The notes: generated by a model not told the origin, from the sequence alone. A DNA stretch of 64,000 bases from Thermoplasmata archaeon (GCA_034667725.1 JAXDQS010000002.1:1-64000); one strand, 5' to 3'. Positions 48,922 to 58,912 are shown, counted from the first letter of the stretch. Program-made: numbers and translations.

Positions 48922-50647
48922 AGTCTGGGAACGCCTCCTCGTCCTCCGTCATGGTCTGGAACCCAAGCGGCGCCAGCAGGCTGGTGGAGCTTGACCAGGG
49001 CTCAAGGTAATAGCCGCTCAGGTCGAGGTCTTGGCCAAACCGGGCGCGGTCGAGGGCGTTGACGCCCATCGTCATGTAGTAGGCCTCCGGAAGGCTTGCC
49101 TCGGCGCGATAGGCATCGATGGCCGCGACCAGCGCCTCCTTCTCCAGGGGTGAGCCTGCCGTGTAGACCACGGGCTCGCCGCCGCTGGCCGTGCAGATGG
49201 AGAGGCAGAACAGGTCGACCGGGAACGGGTCGAAGTCGATCAGGTAGACTTGGCGCTGCTCGTTCCAGGCATCGCCCACGATTCCCTTCGCGGTGGCATT
49301 GTGCCGGAGCTCGGACGGCAGCGCCGCCAAGCCCGCCGGCACCACGACCGGCCCTTGGGCCGGGCCCAGTTGCCCGGAGGGCATGAACATCGCCTGCACG
49401 CCCTCGTAGTCCACTTGCCAGTCGAACGCCCGACTTGAGGGTGCGAGGCCTGTCTGCCCGAAATCGACCAGGTCATCGACCGTTTCCTCGTTCGGGAACT
49501 CGTAGTCCCAGAAGGAATAGACGTTGTAACTCCATTCGGTGCCTCCACCGGAACCAGCCCGCAATGTGCCAAGGTATGGAATGGCGTGGCGAACAATCTT
49601 GCCGAAATCGCCGTCGGAGGTGCTCCCGCCTTCAAACCGTGCCCGCTTCTCTGGCAATGCTTGCCACACCTTGGAGTTCAAATCCTCCAGCCTTCCAACC
49701 ACGCCAAACGAGTCCGACACCCACGCTCCCGCTCCCGTTGAGAACCCGCCGCCATACGGTCCGTCCTTAGCGAACGGGATGGGGCTGTCGGGGTGGTAGA
49801 ACAGGTACTCGATGACGTCGAAGGTGTCGTGGCCGTCGGGGATGCTGGCCAGCGTGGCCTGGATGGTGGGCACGCCCGTGATGGTGAGGTTGGTCGCCAG
49901 CATGGTCTGCTGGTGGAGGAAAACGTCCTCGTCCTCGTTCGCGGCGTCGACCTGCTCGTAGTGGCTGACGAGGCCGATGAGGGAACCCAAGGCAAGCTCC
50001 AAGGCGATCGGGCAAGCAGAACCGAACGCGCCGCCGCTCGCGACGGTGGGGGCGGCGCACACCATCACGATGAGCAGGCCGTCCCGCAGGTTGTTGAAGA
50101 ACGACATCAGCACGCTGGGGTCGGGGTCGTCTTCGTGGGACACGCCGACGATGCCGGCGTAGAGTTCCCAGCGCAGCTCGCCGATGGGGCTGCCGACGCG
50201 GTAATGGAGCGTCGGGGCTCCGCAGACCTGCTCGCCGTCGTCCTCGTGGCATTCCCTCGTCTTGCAGGTCCCCATCGTGACGGGGTCGACCTGGGCGTTG
50301 CGGACGCCGATGGCGGTCTCGGCGGGGCGGGCGGTGCCGTCCATGTTGGTATAGCAGGCGTACAGGCCGGCGTCGTCGCGGAGCACGGACTGGAACAGGT
50401 AGTACACGCCTTGGGGGGTCCCCCGTTCGTGGTAGAGGTTCTCCTGCTCGGGCTCCAGCAGGTAGGTCAGCTTGTACGTATGGAAATCAGGATCGTAGTA
50501 CAGGGTCGCGGAGCTTTCCAAGCCGGCCGACGTGGTCGTGCGCACGCTGGCCAATGGAACGGCGGCATTGGGCTGCTCCGCCGACCCGGTGGCGGGCAGC
50601 AACGGCAAGAGCAGGACGGCGGCGCAGGCGAAGGGACGCAGGTCCAC
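48884..50647 (-). CDS. Secreted hypothetical protein, compositionally chimeric
   Basis: Signal peptide, central hydrophobic hairpin; 3' half visibly lower GC. Confidence 0.7.
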   Translation of the reverse strand: MDLRPFACAAVLLLPLLPATGSAEQPNAAVPLASVRTTTSAGLESSATLYYDPDFHTYKLTYLLEPEQENLYHERGTPQGVYYLFQSVLRDDAGLYACYTNMDGTARPAETAIGVRNAQVDPVTMGTCKTRECHEDDGEQVCGAPTLHYRVGSPIGELRWELYAGIVGVSHEDDPDPSVLMSFFNNLRDGLLIVMVCAAPTVASGGAFGSACPIALELALGSLIGLVSHYEQVDAANEDEDVFLHQQTMLATNLTITGVPTIQATLASIPDGHDTFDVIEYLFYHPDSPIPFAKDGPYGGGFSTGAGAWVSDSFGVVGRLEDLNSKVWQALPEKRARFEGGSTSDGDFGKIVRHAIPYLGTLRAGSGGGTEWSYNVYSFWDYEFPNEETVDDLVDFGQTGLAPSSRAFDWQVDYEGVQAMFMPSGQLGPAQGPVVVPAGLAALPSELRHNATAKGIVGDAWNEQRQVYLIDFDPFPVDLFCLSICTASGGEPVVYTAGSPLEKEALVAAIDAYRAEASLPEAYYMTMGVNALDRARFGQDLDLSGYYLEPWSSSTSLLAPLGFQTMTEDEEAFPDYDIPLYFIVYVV

Positions 50648-50680
50648 GGTTCACACATGTCTGCCGCTATTTCAACAAAA

Positions 50681-51595
50681 TCATGCGTCGGATGGGCGCA
50701 GCACGCCGTAGCTGGCGATGTCGAGGTTCGGCGGCCCCAAGAACAGGCTCTGGACGAACTTGGCCTTGATGCCGAAGTGGGCGCCGGCGCCGCAGCAGAT
50801 GAACCCGGTCGGGTCGACGGACTGGATCTCCTCGCGGCCGGCCGAGTCGGAGAACAGGATGGTCTGCAGGTCGGAGCAGTCGTTCTCCCATGCGCGCGGC
50901 TCGTCGTACTCGGGCGGCACCGGCGCGTCCGGCGTGACGTTGCCGTAGGGCATCGTCATCTTGGCGTACTCGCCGTTGATGCGCGCGACGGCGTAGTAGC
51001 CGCCGGAGGAGCAACGCACCTGGACCTCGTAGCGGTCCTTCTGGTTGGCCAGCATCTCGGTGACCAGGTAGGTGGCGTTGGCGCCGTGAGGGGTGTAGTC
51101 GGAGAAGAAGTCGGCGCGGTCGGAGTCGCCGGACTGGTCGCCGGTGCAGTCGAGGACGATGCCGTTGGCGACGAAGTCGACGGCGCAGCTGATGAACACG
51201 GAGTACTCGGTCGTGATGATGGCGCCGTCGTTGCTGAAGACCCGGCGGGCCTCGATCTCGACCTCGGTGTACTCGTCGGCGGCGACGTCGACGGGATGGG
51301 GCGCGGCCTCGTGGTTGTCGGCTTGGACGCGCAGCTCGTAGGCGCCGGGCTCAAGGTCGTTGAACATGACTTGCCCCGTCTGGTCGGCCACGGCCTTGAG
51401 GCCGAGCGGGAACACCACGACGGTGGCCGCCGGCACGGGGCGGTAGCGGTCGTCCAGCACGAGCGCAGAGATGCCGCCTTTGCCGTTGGCGAGCTCTTGG
51501 GTGGTTTGTTGCGAGCCGACGGGGGCGTCGTCGCTGGAGCAGCCCGCGAGGGACGCCGCCAGCAGGAGGGTCGCGAGGATGGCTGCCGTTCCCAT
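50681..51595 (-). CDS. Array lipoprotein 3
   Basis: LAGC; LDDRYRPVPAA; QSLFLGPP. Confidence 0.87.
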   Translation of the reverse strand: MGTAAILATLLLAASLAGCSSDDAPVGSQQTTQELANGKGGISALVLDDRYRPVPAATVVVFPLGLKAVADQTGQVMFNDLEPGAYELRVQADNHEAAPHPVDVAADEYTEVEIEARRVFSNDGAIITTEYSVFISCAVDFVANGIVLDCTGDQSGDSDRADFFSDYTPHGANATYLVTEMLANQKDRYEVQVRCSSGGYYAVARINGEYAKMTMPYGNVTPDAPVPPEYDEPRAWENDCSDLQTILFSDSAGREEIQSVDPTGFICCGAGAHFGIKAKFVQSLFLGPPNLDIASYGVLRPSDA

Positions 51596-51632
51596 GGCTT
51601 GGGGAAGGGCCGGGCCTTACAAGCGCTTTTTC

Positions 51633-52547
51633 CTAGGCGTCGGGGCGCAGCACGGCGTAGCTGTCCAGGTCGACCTCAGGGGGGCCCAGGAACAGGCTCT
51701 GGACGAACTTGGCCTTGATGCCGAAGTGGGCGCCGGCGCCGCAGCAGATGATGCCGATGGGGTCGACGGACTGGATCTCCTCGCGGCCGGCCGAGTCGGA
51801 GAACAGGATGGTGTTCAGGTCGGCGCAGTCGTTGGTCCAGTCGTTGGTGGCGCCGTACTCGGGGGGCACCGGGGCGTCGGGCGTCTGGTTGCCGTACTGG
51901 AGGGTGAAGCGGGCGTAGCGGCCGTTGATGCGGGCGACCCCCATGTAGTCGGCGGCGGCCTCGCAGCGGACCTGGACCTCGTAGCGGTCGTCCTTGTTGG
52001 CCAGCATCTCGGTGACGAGGTAGGTGACGTTGTCGCCGTACGGGGTGTAGTCGGAGACGAAGCCGGCGCGGAACGAGTCGCCGGACTGGTCGAGGGTGCA
52101 GTCGATGACGTTGCCGTTGGCGACGTAGTCGACGGCGCACGGGATGAAGACCGAAAATTCGGTGGTGACGATGCGGCCGTCCTGGCTGAAGATGCGCCGG
52201 GCCTCCAGCTCGACCTCGGTGTACTCGCCGGCCGCGACGTCCGCCGCCCTCGGGGCGGCCTCGTGGTTGGGCGCCTGCACCAGGAGTTCGTAGGGGCCGG
52301 GCTCGAGGTCGTTGAACGCGACCTGGCCGATCTGGTCGGCGGTGGCTTGCAGGCCCAGGGGCATGAGGACCACGACGGCGCCGGGGATGGGGCGGTAGCG
52401 GTCGTCGATCACCAGGCCGCTGATGCCGCCTTTGCCGCTGGCGAGCTCCTGGGTGGTGCTGGAATCGGCGGAGGTGCCGCTGTCGCCGCAGCCGGCCAAG
52501 GCGGTGGCGGACAGCAGGAGGGCGGCCAGGAACGGCAGCGTGCGCAT
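51633..52547 (-). CDS. Array lipoprotein 2
   Basis: LAGC; GLVIDDRYRPIPGA; QSLFLGPPEVD. Confidence 0.87.
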   Translation of the reverse strand: MRTLPFLAALLLSATALAGCGDSGTSADSSTTQELASGKGGISGLVIDDRYRPIPGAVVVLMPLGLQATADQIGQVAFNDLEPGPYELLVQAPNHEAAPRAADVAAGEYTEVELEARRIFSQDGRIVTTEFSVFIPCAVDYVANGNVIDCTLDQSGDSFRAGFVSDYTPYGDNVTYLVTEMLANKDDRYEVQVRCEAAADYMGVARINGRYARFTLQYGNQTPDAPVPPEYGATNDWTNDCADLNTILFSDSAGREEIQSVDPIGIICCGAGAHFGIKAKFVQSLFLGPPEVDLDSYAVLRPDA

Positions 52548-52626
52548 GCTGGTTTTCCACGAGGGCAACCGGTCTATCAGCATTGTGTTGGGGGGCTCCC
52601 CGCCCGCCCTCGGCCGCGGTGCCGTC

Positions 52627-53589
52627 TTAGGCGTCCGCCGGCTTCAGCACGGCGTAGGAGTCGATGTCCACTTCGGGCGGGCCGAGGAAGACCGACTGGA
52701 CGATCTGGGCCTTGACGCCGAGGTCGGCGCCGAGGCCGAACAGGCAGGTGAACGACACGACGCCGGGGACGCCGGGCGGGCAGACGGTGCTGTGGATCTC
52801 GCCGTAGAACTCGCCGTGCGGGAACACGATGGTCTGGTAGGGCAGCGCCGGGTCCCACGGGATGTTGCGGCCTTGGTTCTGCGACGGCGCGTCGTTGGTG
52901 ACGTTGTCCTGGTTGACGATGCGGAGGTAGTTGCCCTTCAGCAGGTCCGCCTCGGAGAAGTAGTCGTCAAAGGTGTTGCCGTCGCGGATGGCCACGGTGT
53001 AGTCGCCCTTCTGGTTGAACAGCACCTCGGTGACCATGTAGGTCGTGAGGTTGGCGTCGTTCTCGGAGAGCTGGCTGATGAAGTAGGCGCGGGTCGAGTC
53101 GCCGGTGGTGTCGCCCATGCAGCCGGTGATGGGGATGGCGGCCAGGGCGAGGACCGGGGTCTCGGCGGAGCAGTCGATGAAGACCGAGTACTGGGTCGTG
53201 ATGATGGTGCCGTCCTGGTTGAAGATGCGGCGGGCGGGCGCCTCCACCTCGGTGAACTCGCCGGCGGTGACGTCGATCGGGACGGGCGCGCCCTCGTGGT
53301 CCTTGGCCTCGATGCGCAGCTGGTAGGTGCCGGGGTCGAGGTCGCGGAACTCGAACTGGCCCAGCGCGTCGCCGGTGGCGCTGAGGCCCAGGGGCATCAG
53401 GAACAGCTTGGCGCCGCCGATGGGGCGGTAGCGGTCGTCGATGACGACGCCGGCGATGCCGCCCTTGCCGTCGGCGAGGTCGCCCTTGCCGATGTCCTGG
53501 GTGGTCGTGACCTGGTCGTCGGTGCCGCCGGAGCAGCCGGAGAGGAGGGCCGCCAACAGGAGGCCGACCATCATGGCGGACTTGCGCAT
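52627..53589 (-). CDS. Array lipoprotein 1
   Basis: LSGC; GVVIDDRYRPIGGA; QSVFLGPPEVD. Confidence 0.87.
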   Translation of the reverse strand: MRKSAMMVGLLLAALLSGCSGGTDDQVTTTQDIGKGDLADGKGGIAGVVIDDRYRPIGGAKLFLMPLGLSATGDALGQFEFRDLDPGTYQLRIEAKDHEGAPVPIDVTAGEFTEVEAPARRIFNQDGTIITTQYSVFIDCSAETPVLALAAIPITGCMGDTTGDSTRAYFISQLSENDANLTTYMVTEVLFNQKGDYTVAIRDGNTFDDYFSEADLLKGNYLRIVNQDNVTNDAPSQNQGRNIPWDPALPYQTIVFPHGEFYGEIHSTVCPPGVPGVVSFTCLFGLGADLGVKAQIVQSVFLGPPEVDIDSYAVLKPADA

Positions 53590-53776
53590 GCAGTCCCAGG
53601 GGGGCTCGGGGCTTTTCAATCATGTGGTCAGAGCCGCGAAACCCGGCGCACCGCGGTTTTCGGACTCGGTTTGCCAAAAGCGCGGAAAAGCGGAAATGGG
53701 TTTCCTGAAGCGTCCTTTTTCCAGCCAGAACAGGAGGGGGAGGGGAAGAAGGAGGGGGAGGAGCGGGAGTTTGCGC

Positions 53777-55069
53777 TCAGTCCTTGCGGCGGCGGACCAG
53801 CACGGCGCCGGCCAGGAGCACGGCGACGATCAAGAGCGAGGGGCCCGGGGAGGACTCGGTGTCCTCGGGGACGATGACCTTGACCTCGTTGCCCTTCTCG
53901 TCGATGCCGTAGGCGCGCTTGGCCTCGACCACGAAGCTGGCCTCTTGGCTGGCGACGGCGGAGTGGGCCTGGTTCTGCACTTCCAAGTGGATCTTGTAGG
54001 TGCCCTCCTCGGCGCCTTCGTCGCGGAAGCGCCAGAGGTAGGTGACCTCGGCCGACTTGTCGTGCAGGTTGTGGACGTGCTGGTTCTGCGACACCACGAC
54101 GGGCAGGTCGAGCGGGGTGCTCGGGCCGGTGACCTCGATGGTGATGTTCTCGACGTCGATGTCGTAGGTGCCCCAGGGCGAGTTCTCCGCCGTGTGGATC
54201 AGCAGGATGCCGGCGGCGACCTCGGGGTGGATGTAGTCGATGTACACCGGGTTGGTGATGGCGAGCTCCATGCGGGGGTGGTGCTTGGCGTCGGAGACGA
54301 GGCGCATGTAGCCTTCGGCGGCCTTGTCGTCGTTGGCGGCGTCGCTGGTGGGGTTCTGGAACCAGTCGAGGCGCAGGTTGTAGGCGTTGGCCTTGTTGAT
54401 GGCGGTCTGCTCGAGGTTCATCTTGATGGCGAACTCGACGATGCCGTCGGCGTCGGGGGTCAAGGTGGTCAGGCTGTCGGCGGAGGGCGGGGCCGGGATG
54501 CCGGTGCCCTTGTCGTCCCAGACGTGGGCGGTGAGCTGGCCTTCCATGATCTTGGCGCCAGCGTCCAATTCGGCATCGGGGCCGATGACGTTGCCCTCAC
54601 GCATGGTGAGGCGGAAGGTGAAGGACGGCAGGTAGTTGGGCGCGCCGTCCGAGTTGCCCAAGAAGTCGCGGACATTGAGGTAGAGGTAGGACATGACGTC
54701 GGTGCCGTCGTCGATCTTGACGTCGCGGGCAATGCCGCGCTCCGGGTGGAAGCGGGGCTGGCCGTTTTCGATGAAGTTGTACTCCACCGGACCAGACGTC
54801 GCGAAGCCGTAGACGGTATTGAAGTCGTAGTTGGTCTGGCTGTTGCCTTCGACGATGGTGGGGAAGTTGGTGCCGCCGACCCGGAAGAACTCGGTGTTGG
54901 GCGCCTGGGTGTTGATCGGGAACGCGTTGAAGGTGTCGAAGATGTGGAAGTACAACGTCGTCGGGGTAGGCTTCTTCGGCTCCGGATCCACGTGGGCGTC
55001 CGCCATCGGGACCGAGGCCACCACGAAGACCGCAACCGCCACGAGAGCCAGGATGCTCTTGCCGCGCAT
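53777..55069 (-). CDS. Surface protein with archaeosortase-like (PGF-CTERM-like) tail
   Basis: Signal peptide; C-terminal SPGP + hydrophobic helix + RRRK; strongly biased codons. Confidence 0.8.
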   Translation of the reverse strand: MRGKSILALVAVAVFVVASVPMADAHVDPEPKKPTPTTLYFHIFDTFNAFPINTQAPNTEFFRVGGTNFPTIVEGNSQTNYDFNTVYGFATSGPVEYNFIENGQPRFHPERGIARDVKIDDGTDVMSYLYLNVRDFLGNSDGAPNYLPSFTFRLTMREGNVIGPDAELDAGAKIMEGQLTAHVWDDKGTGIPAPPSADSLTTLTPDADGIVEFAIKMNLEQTAINKANAYNLRLDWFQNPTSDAANDDKAAEGYMRLVSDAKHHPRMELAITNPVYIDYIHPEVAAGILLIHTAENSPWGTYDIDVENITIEVTGPSTPLDLPVVVSQNQHVHNLHDKSAEVTYLWRFRDEGAEEGTYKIHLEVQNQAHSAVASQEASFVVEAKRAYGIDEKGNEVKVIVPEDTESSPGPSLLIVAVLLAGAVLVRRRKD

Positions 55070-55172
55070 GGATGGCCCAGTCCATCGTTTCGAATTTAAG
55101 GGCTGCGGTCGTTTGGCTGAAGCGCGCGCCTCCCGTTGACAATGCGCGCCCGGGATTTTTTCGGTCGGGGCT

Positions 55173-55643
55173 TCAACCCACCTCGCATTTGATCTTCAAG
55201 CCGACGGCGACGGTGGGCACCGGGTCGACGGCTTCGAGCTGGTCCAGGTCGCCGTTGGAGCCCTCGCAGTAGAACGTGAGGCTGGTGAAGGACACCGTCG
55301 CGGTGTCGGTGCAGACGTTCACGTTGGCGCAGGCCACCAGCTCGTCGCCGCCGGGGCCGGTTGCCAGCATCTGGCCGCTCACCAGCCCGACACCTTCCAC
55401 GGTGATCTTGGCCGACATGCTGGTGCAGCCCGTGCACGAAGCGGAGGAAGTGCAGGTGGGCATGTTGACCAGCGTGTGGACGGTGAGCGGCACCATGGCG
55501 ACGGGGACCGGGAGGGCCTCGGCTTCGCAGGAGCCCGACGCCGCCTGGACGGAAGGGGCGGTGCCGGGGCCAAGGGCCAGCAGGATGGCGGCGAAGCAGG
55601 AAAGGTTGCAGGGCACCCCTTCCTCAATCCTGGCGGCCGGCAT
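55173..55643 (-). CDS. Small Cys-containing secreted hypothetical protein
   Basis: Hydrophobic N-terminus, multiple Cys; start uncertain. Confidence 0.55.
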   Translation of the reverse strand: MPAARIEEGVPCNLSCFAAILLALGPGTAPSVQAASGSCEAEALPVPVAMVPLTVHTLVNMPTCTSSASCTGCTSMSAKITVEGVGLVSGQMLATGPGGDELVACANVNVCTDTATVSFTSLTFYCEGSNGDLDQLEAVDPVPTVAVGLKIKCEVG

Positions 55644-55676
55644 ACGCCTATTGGCTAAGGCAGGCGGCGACGCAGC

Positions 55677-57899
55677 CTACCCCGACCAGCCGCCGCCCCC
55701 GCCCGCGTCGCTTGCCGCGGCGACGACGGGCGTCGGCGGGGCCGGCGGCGTCCAGTCGAGGTGGTCGAGGACGATCTCCGCCAGGTCGCGGGCCTCCATC
55801 TTGCCTTCCTGGCCGGTGAGCGACAGGCCGTCGGTCATCATGGTGAGGCAGAACGGGCAGGCGGTGGCGACGGTGTCGGCGCCGGTGTTGGCGGCCTGCT
55901 TGGCGCGGATGACGTTGATGCGGGTCTTCTCGTCCTTGACCTCGTACCACATGTTGGCGCCACCAGCTCCACAGCACAGGCCCTGCGCCCGGTTCTGCAC
56001 CATCTCCAGCACTGGCAGGCCGTTGTTGGCCTTCTGCAGCACTGCGCGGGGCGCGTCGGCGATGTTGTTGTGCCGCATCAGGTAGCACGAGTCGTGGTAG
56101 GTGACCTTGAGCGGCTTGCCTTGCTTGAGCGGGATGCGGCCCTCGCCCAGCAGCTTCTCCAGGAGCTGGGTGTGGTGGATGACCTCGAAGGTGGCGCCGA
56201 ACTCGGGGTACTCGTTGCCCAGGGCGTTGAGGCAGTGCGGGCATTGCGCGATGACCTTGGTGGCGCCGTATTGCTGAAGGGTGACGAGGTTCTCCATGGC
56301 GCTTTGCTGGAAGCGGCCCTCCTCGCCGAGGCGGCGGGCGGGGTCGCCGTTGCAGCGCTCCTCGGCGCCGAGGATGGCGAAGTCCACCTTGGCGGCGTTC
56401 AGCAGCGTGGCGACCGCGCGCGTGACCATCTGGTTGCGGGGGTCGAACGAGCCGGAGCAGCCGATCCACCACAGGTACTCGAAGCCCTCGCCCTTGGCCT
56501 TCTTGTCGGCGGCGAGCGGCACCACGACGCCGGGCGGGAGCTGCGCCGTCCAGTTGGGGCGGTCGGAGGCGGGGAAGCCGTAGGGGTTGCCGGCGTTGGT
56601 GATGTTGACCAGGAGCTTCTGCTGGTGCTCGTCCAGCTTGGAGTCCATGACGAGGGCCCGCCGCATCTCGGCGATGAGGTCCACGTGCTCGATGTCCACG
56701 GGGCAGGCGGTGACGCAGGCGCGGCAGGTGGTGCAGCTCCAGAGGGTCGCCTCCTGGATGGCGGCGCCGACGCCGTCGGACTCGGTGAGCTTGCGGGGCT
56801 TGTGCCCGGCGTTGCCCTTGCCGGCGCGCCAGTCGTCCCACATCTCGACCTTGAGGTCCTGGATCAGCTTGCGCGGCGACAGCGGCCGGCCGGCGGCGGT
56901 GGCGGGGCATTGCGCCTCGCACCGGCCGCAGTTGGTGCAGGCGTCGAGGCTGAGGCGATCCTTCCAAGTGAAGTCCCGGATGGTGGCGTAGCCCACCGGC
57001 GGGATGTCGGTGCTGCCCGACTCCATGACCTTCTGCAGGTTGAACGGCGTCGGCAGCTTGGGCAGGCTCTGGCGCTTGGGGTCGTGGAAGTAGAGGTTCA
57101 GGCTGGAGGTGAAGATGTGCCGCAGCTTGGTCCACGGCAGCACGGCCATGGCGGCGTTCCACAGCATGAAATGGAGCGCCCACACGAACGGGTAGGCGGC
57201 CGCGACCTGCGCGCTGCTGACCGACGACATGAGGTTGGCGATGCCGTAGCCGACGAACGACCAGCCGGCGTAGTTGATGCCCTCGTCCACGATCTGGTGG
57301 CGCAGCCGCATCCCCTCCAGCACGAAGCCCGAGACGCCGATCAGCAGCAGGAACCACAGCGCCGCCTGGTCGCCGTCGACGCCGCGGAACCAGCGGGGCG
57401 CCTCGGCCAGGCGGGTGCGGTGCAGTTGCGGCGGCCGCTGCACAATGCGGCGGTGGATGGCGTAGCCGACGCCCGCGACGAACAGCAGGCCGAAGACGTC
57501 CAGCACCACCTCGAACAGCAGGTACTGGTTGCCGAACAGCAGCTTGCCGCCCATGGCCTCGAACAGGTCGGCGTCGATGGCCACGATGGTGGTGCCGATG
57601 AACAGCATCACGAAGCCGAAGAAGATCCAGGCGTGCATCGTGCCCGGCTTGCGGTCCTGCTGGAACTTGCGGTGCGTCGCCATCGCCCGGACCAGCCGCG
57701 ACAGCCCCGTCCGCCAGTCGCCCGGCTGCCACGGCTTGCCGGCGCGCCAGACCCGCACCATCGTCCAGAAGCCCCACAGCATCACCAGGACGGCGAGGCC
57801 GGAGAGCGCGTACATCCAGGCCGCGGTGCCCGGCGGCATCAGGTCCAGGTTCGCCCGGCACGGCAGGTCCGGGGACGGGATGCACTGGCTCGCGGCCAC
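55677..57899 (-). CDS. Membrane Fe-S oxidoreductase, HdrDE/FadF-like (probable ETF:quinone oxidoreductase)
   Basis: NarI-like TMs; CTNCGRC...CP and CTTCRAC...CP; YHDSC, CCGAGG, TACPFC; near etfAB. Confidence 0.9.
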   Translation of the reverse strand: MAASQCIPSPDLPCRANLDLMPPGTAAWMYALSGLAVLVMLWGFWTMVRVWRAGKPWQPGDWRTGLSRLVRAMATHRKFQQDRKPGTMHAWIFFGFVMLFIGTTIVAIDADLFEAMGGKLLFGNQYLLFEVVLDVFGLLFVAGVGYAIHRRIVQRPPQLHRTRLAEAPRWFRGVDGDQAALWFLLLIGVSGFVLEGMRLRHQIVDEGINYAGWSFVGYGIANLMSSVSSAQVAAAYPFVWALHFMLWNAAMAVLPWTKLRHIFTSSLNLYFHDPKRQSLPKLPTPFNLQKVMESGSTDIPPVGYATIRDFTWKDRLSLDACTNCGRCEAQCPATAAGRPLSPRKLIQDLKVEMWDDWRAGKGNAGHKPRKLTESDGVGAAIQEATLWSCTTCRACVTACPVDIEHVDLIAEMRRALVMDSKLDEHQQKLLVNITNAGNPYGFPASDRPNWTAQLPPGVVVPLAADKKAKGEGFEYLWWIGCSGSFDPRNQMVTRAVATLLNAAKVDFAILGAEERCNGDPARRLGEEGRFQQSAMENLVTLQQYGATKVIAQCPHCLNALGNEYPEFGATFEVIHHTQLLEKLLGEGRIPLKQGKPLKVTYHDSCYLMRHNNIADAPRAVLQKANNGLPVLEMVQNRAQGLCCGAGGANMWYEVKDEKTRINVIRAKQAANTGADTVATACPFCLTMMTDGLSLTGQEGKMEARDLAEIVLDHLDWTPPAPPTPVVAAASDAGGGGGWSG

Positions 57900-58043
57900 G
57901 GCCGAGGGACCGGCGGGACACGCTTAGGGATGCCGGGTCGAAGCCGGCTGGCTGCAGACGCTTGCAGAATTTGGGCAAGGGATCGCGGAGCACGAGGGGC
58001 GAGGCGGATTCTAGGAGGCCCGCACCAGGTTCGGAGAGCGGCC

Positions 58044-58766
58044 TTAGCGCCCGCCCGCCGCCCGCAGGTCCGCCTTGTCCTGGGCGTCGAAGCTTTTCGG
58101 CGGCCCGTCGCCCAGGATGGACAGGATGCTCACGGTCTCGACCTGGCAGTACATGACCGAGCGGGTGTTGGTGGAGTGCCCCTGGTCGGGCTGGTCCTGG
58201 CAGCTGTCCGCCTCGTGGTCCTGGACCATCGGGACGCCGTTGTTCACCAGGCCAAGGATGTGGCCCAGCTCGTGGGTGGTGACGGCCTCCAGGATGTCGT
58301 TGACGCTGCTGCACAGCAACGGGTTGGAGCAGGCGTCGTGGACCGATTGCGAGAAGATGGCGACGAGGTCATGGTCGAAGGCGACGCCGAGGACGCCGTC
58401 GACCTCGTAGTGGCCGTCCAGGAACAGCAGGTGGGTCACGACCCTGCTGCCGCCGGTCTTGAGGCCTTGGTGGGCGCGCGACAGGGACAGGAGGGCGTCG
58501 TTGGTCCACTCGCTGTCGTCGGGGCGCATGGTCTCGTCGACCTGGAACCGGACGTCGTCCTTGTGCACGAGCGGGGTCAGCTTGTTGGCAAGCGCCGTCA
58601 GCAGCGAGGTGGGCGGCTGGTGGCCCGAGACCGCGTCCACCTCCAGCACCCACTCCTTGTAGGTGCCGTCGGTGAGGAAGTCCTTGGGCTCGAGGCCGCC
58701 GCCCGTGTTGAACAGGCAGCCCGACAGCAGGGGCAGGAGGGCCAGGACGGCGACCGTGACGCGCAT
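58044..58766 (-). CDS. Zn-dependent metalloprotease lipoprotein
   Basis: LSGC; HELGHILGL; GHS...SVM Met-turn. Confidence 0.85.
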   Translation of the reverse strand: MRVTVAVLALLPLLSGCLFNTGGGLEPKDFLTDGTYKEWVLEVDAVSGHQPPTSLLTALANKLTPLVHKDDVRFQVDETMRPDDSEWTNDALLSLSRAHQGLKTGGSRVVTHLLFLDGHYEVDGVLGVAFDHDLVAIFSQSVHDACSNPLLCSSVNDILEAVTTHELGHILGLVNNGVPMVQDHEADSCQDQPDQGHSTNTRSVMYCQVETVSILSILGDGPPKSFDAQDKADLRAAGGR

Positions 58767-58839
58767 CGGAGGTTGGGACGCGGAGGCTCCGGCTTAGGGT
58801 TTCTGTCCCGAGCCTTCTCTGCCCGCCGAGAGCCCACCG

Positions 58840-58890
58840 AGACACAGATTCCACAGAACTGCTTCAGAGGATTCTGTGGAATCTGTGTCT
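58840..58890. repeat. Perfect 19-bp inverted repeat, 13-nt loop
   Basis: AGACACAGATTCCACAGAA ... TTCTGTGGAATCTGTGTCT. Confidence 0.85.
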
Positions 58891-58912
58891 AGTGGGAGGC
58901 GTCTAGGCCCCG

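Noticed and set aside
43752-53589. Diversity-generating retroelement or invertible shufflon behind the lipoprotein array
   Set aside because: No reverse transcriptase, recombinase, inverted cassettes or adenine-specific TR/VR pair visible in the window
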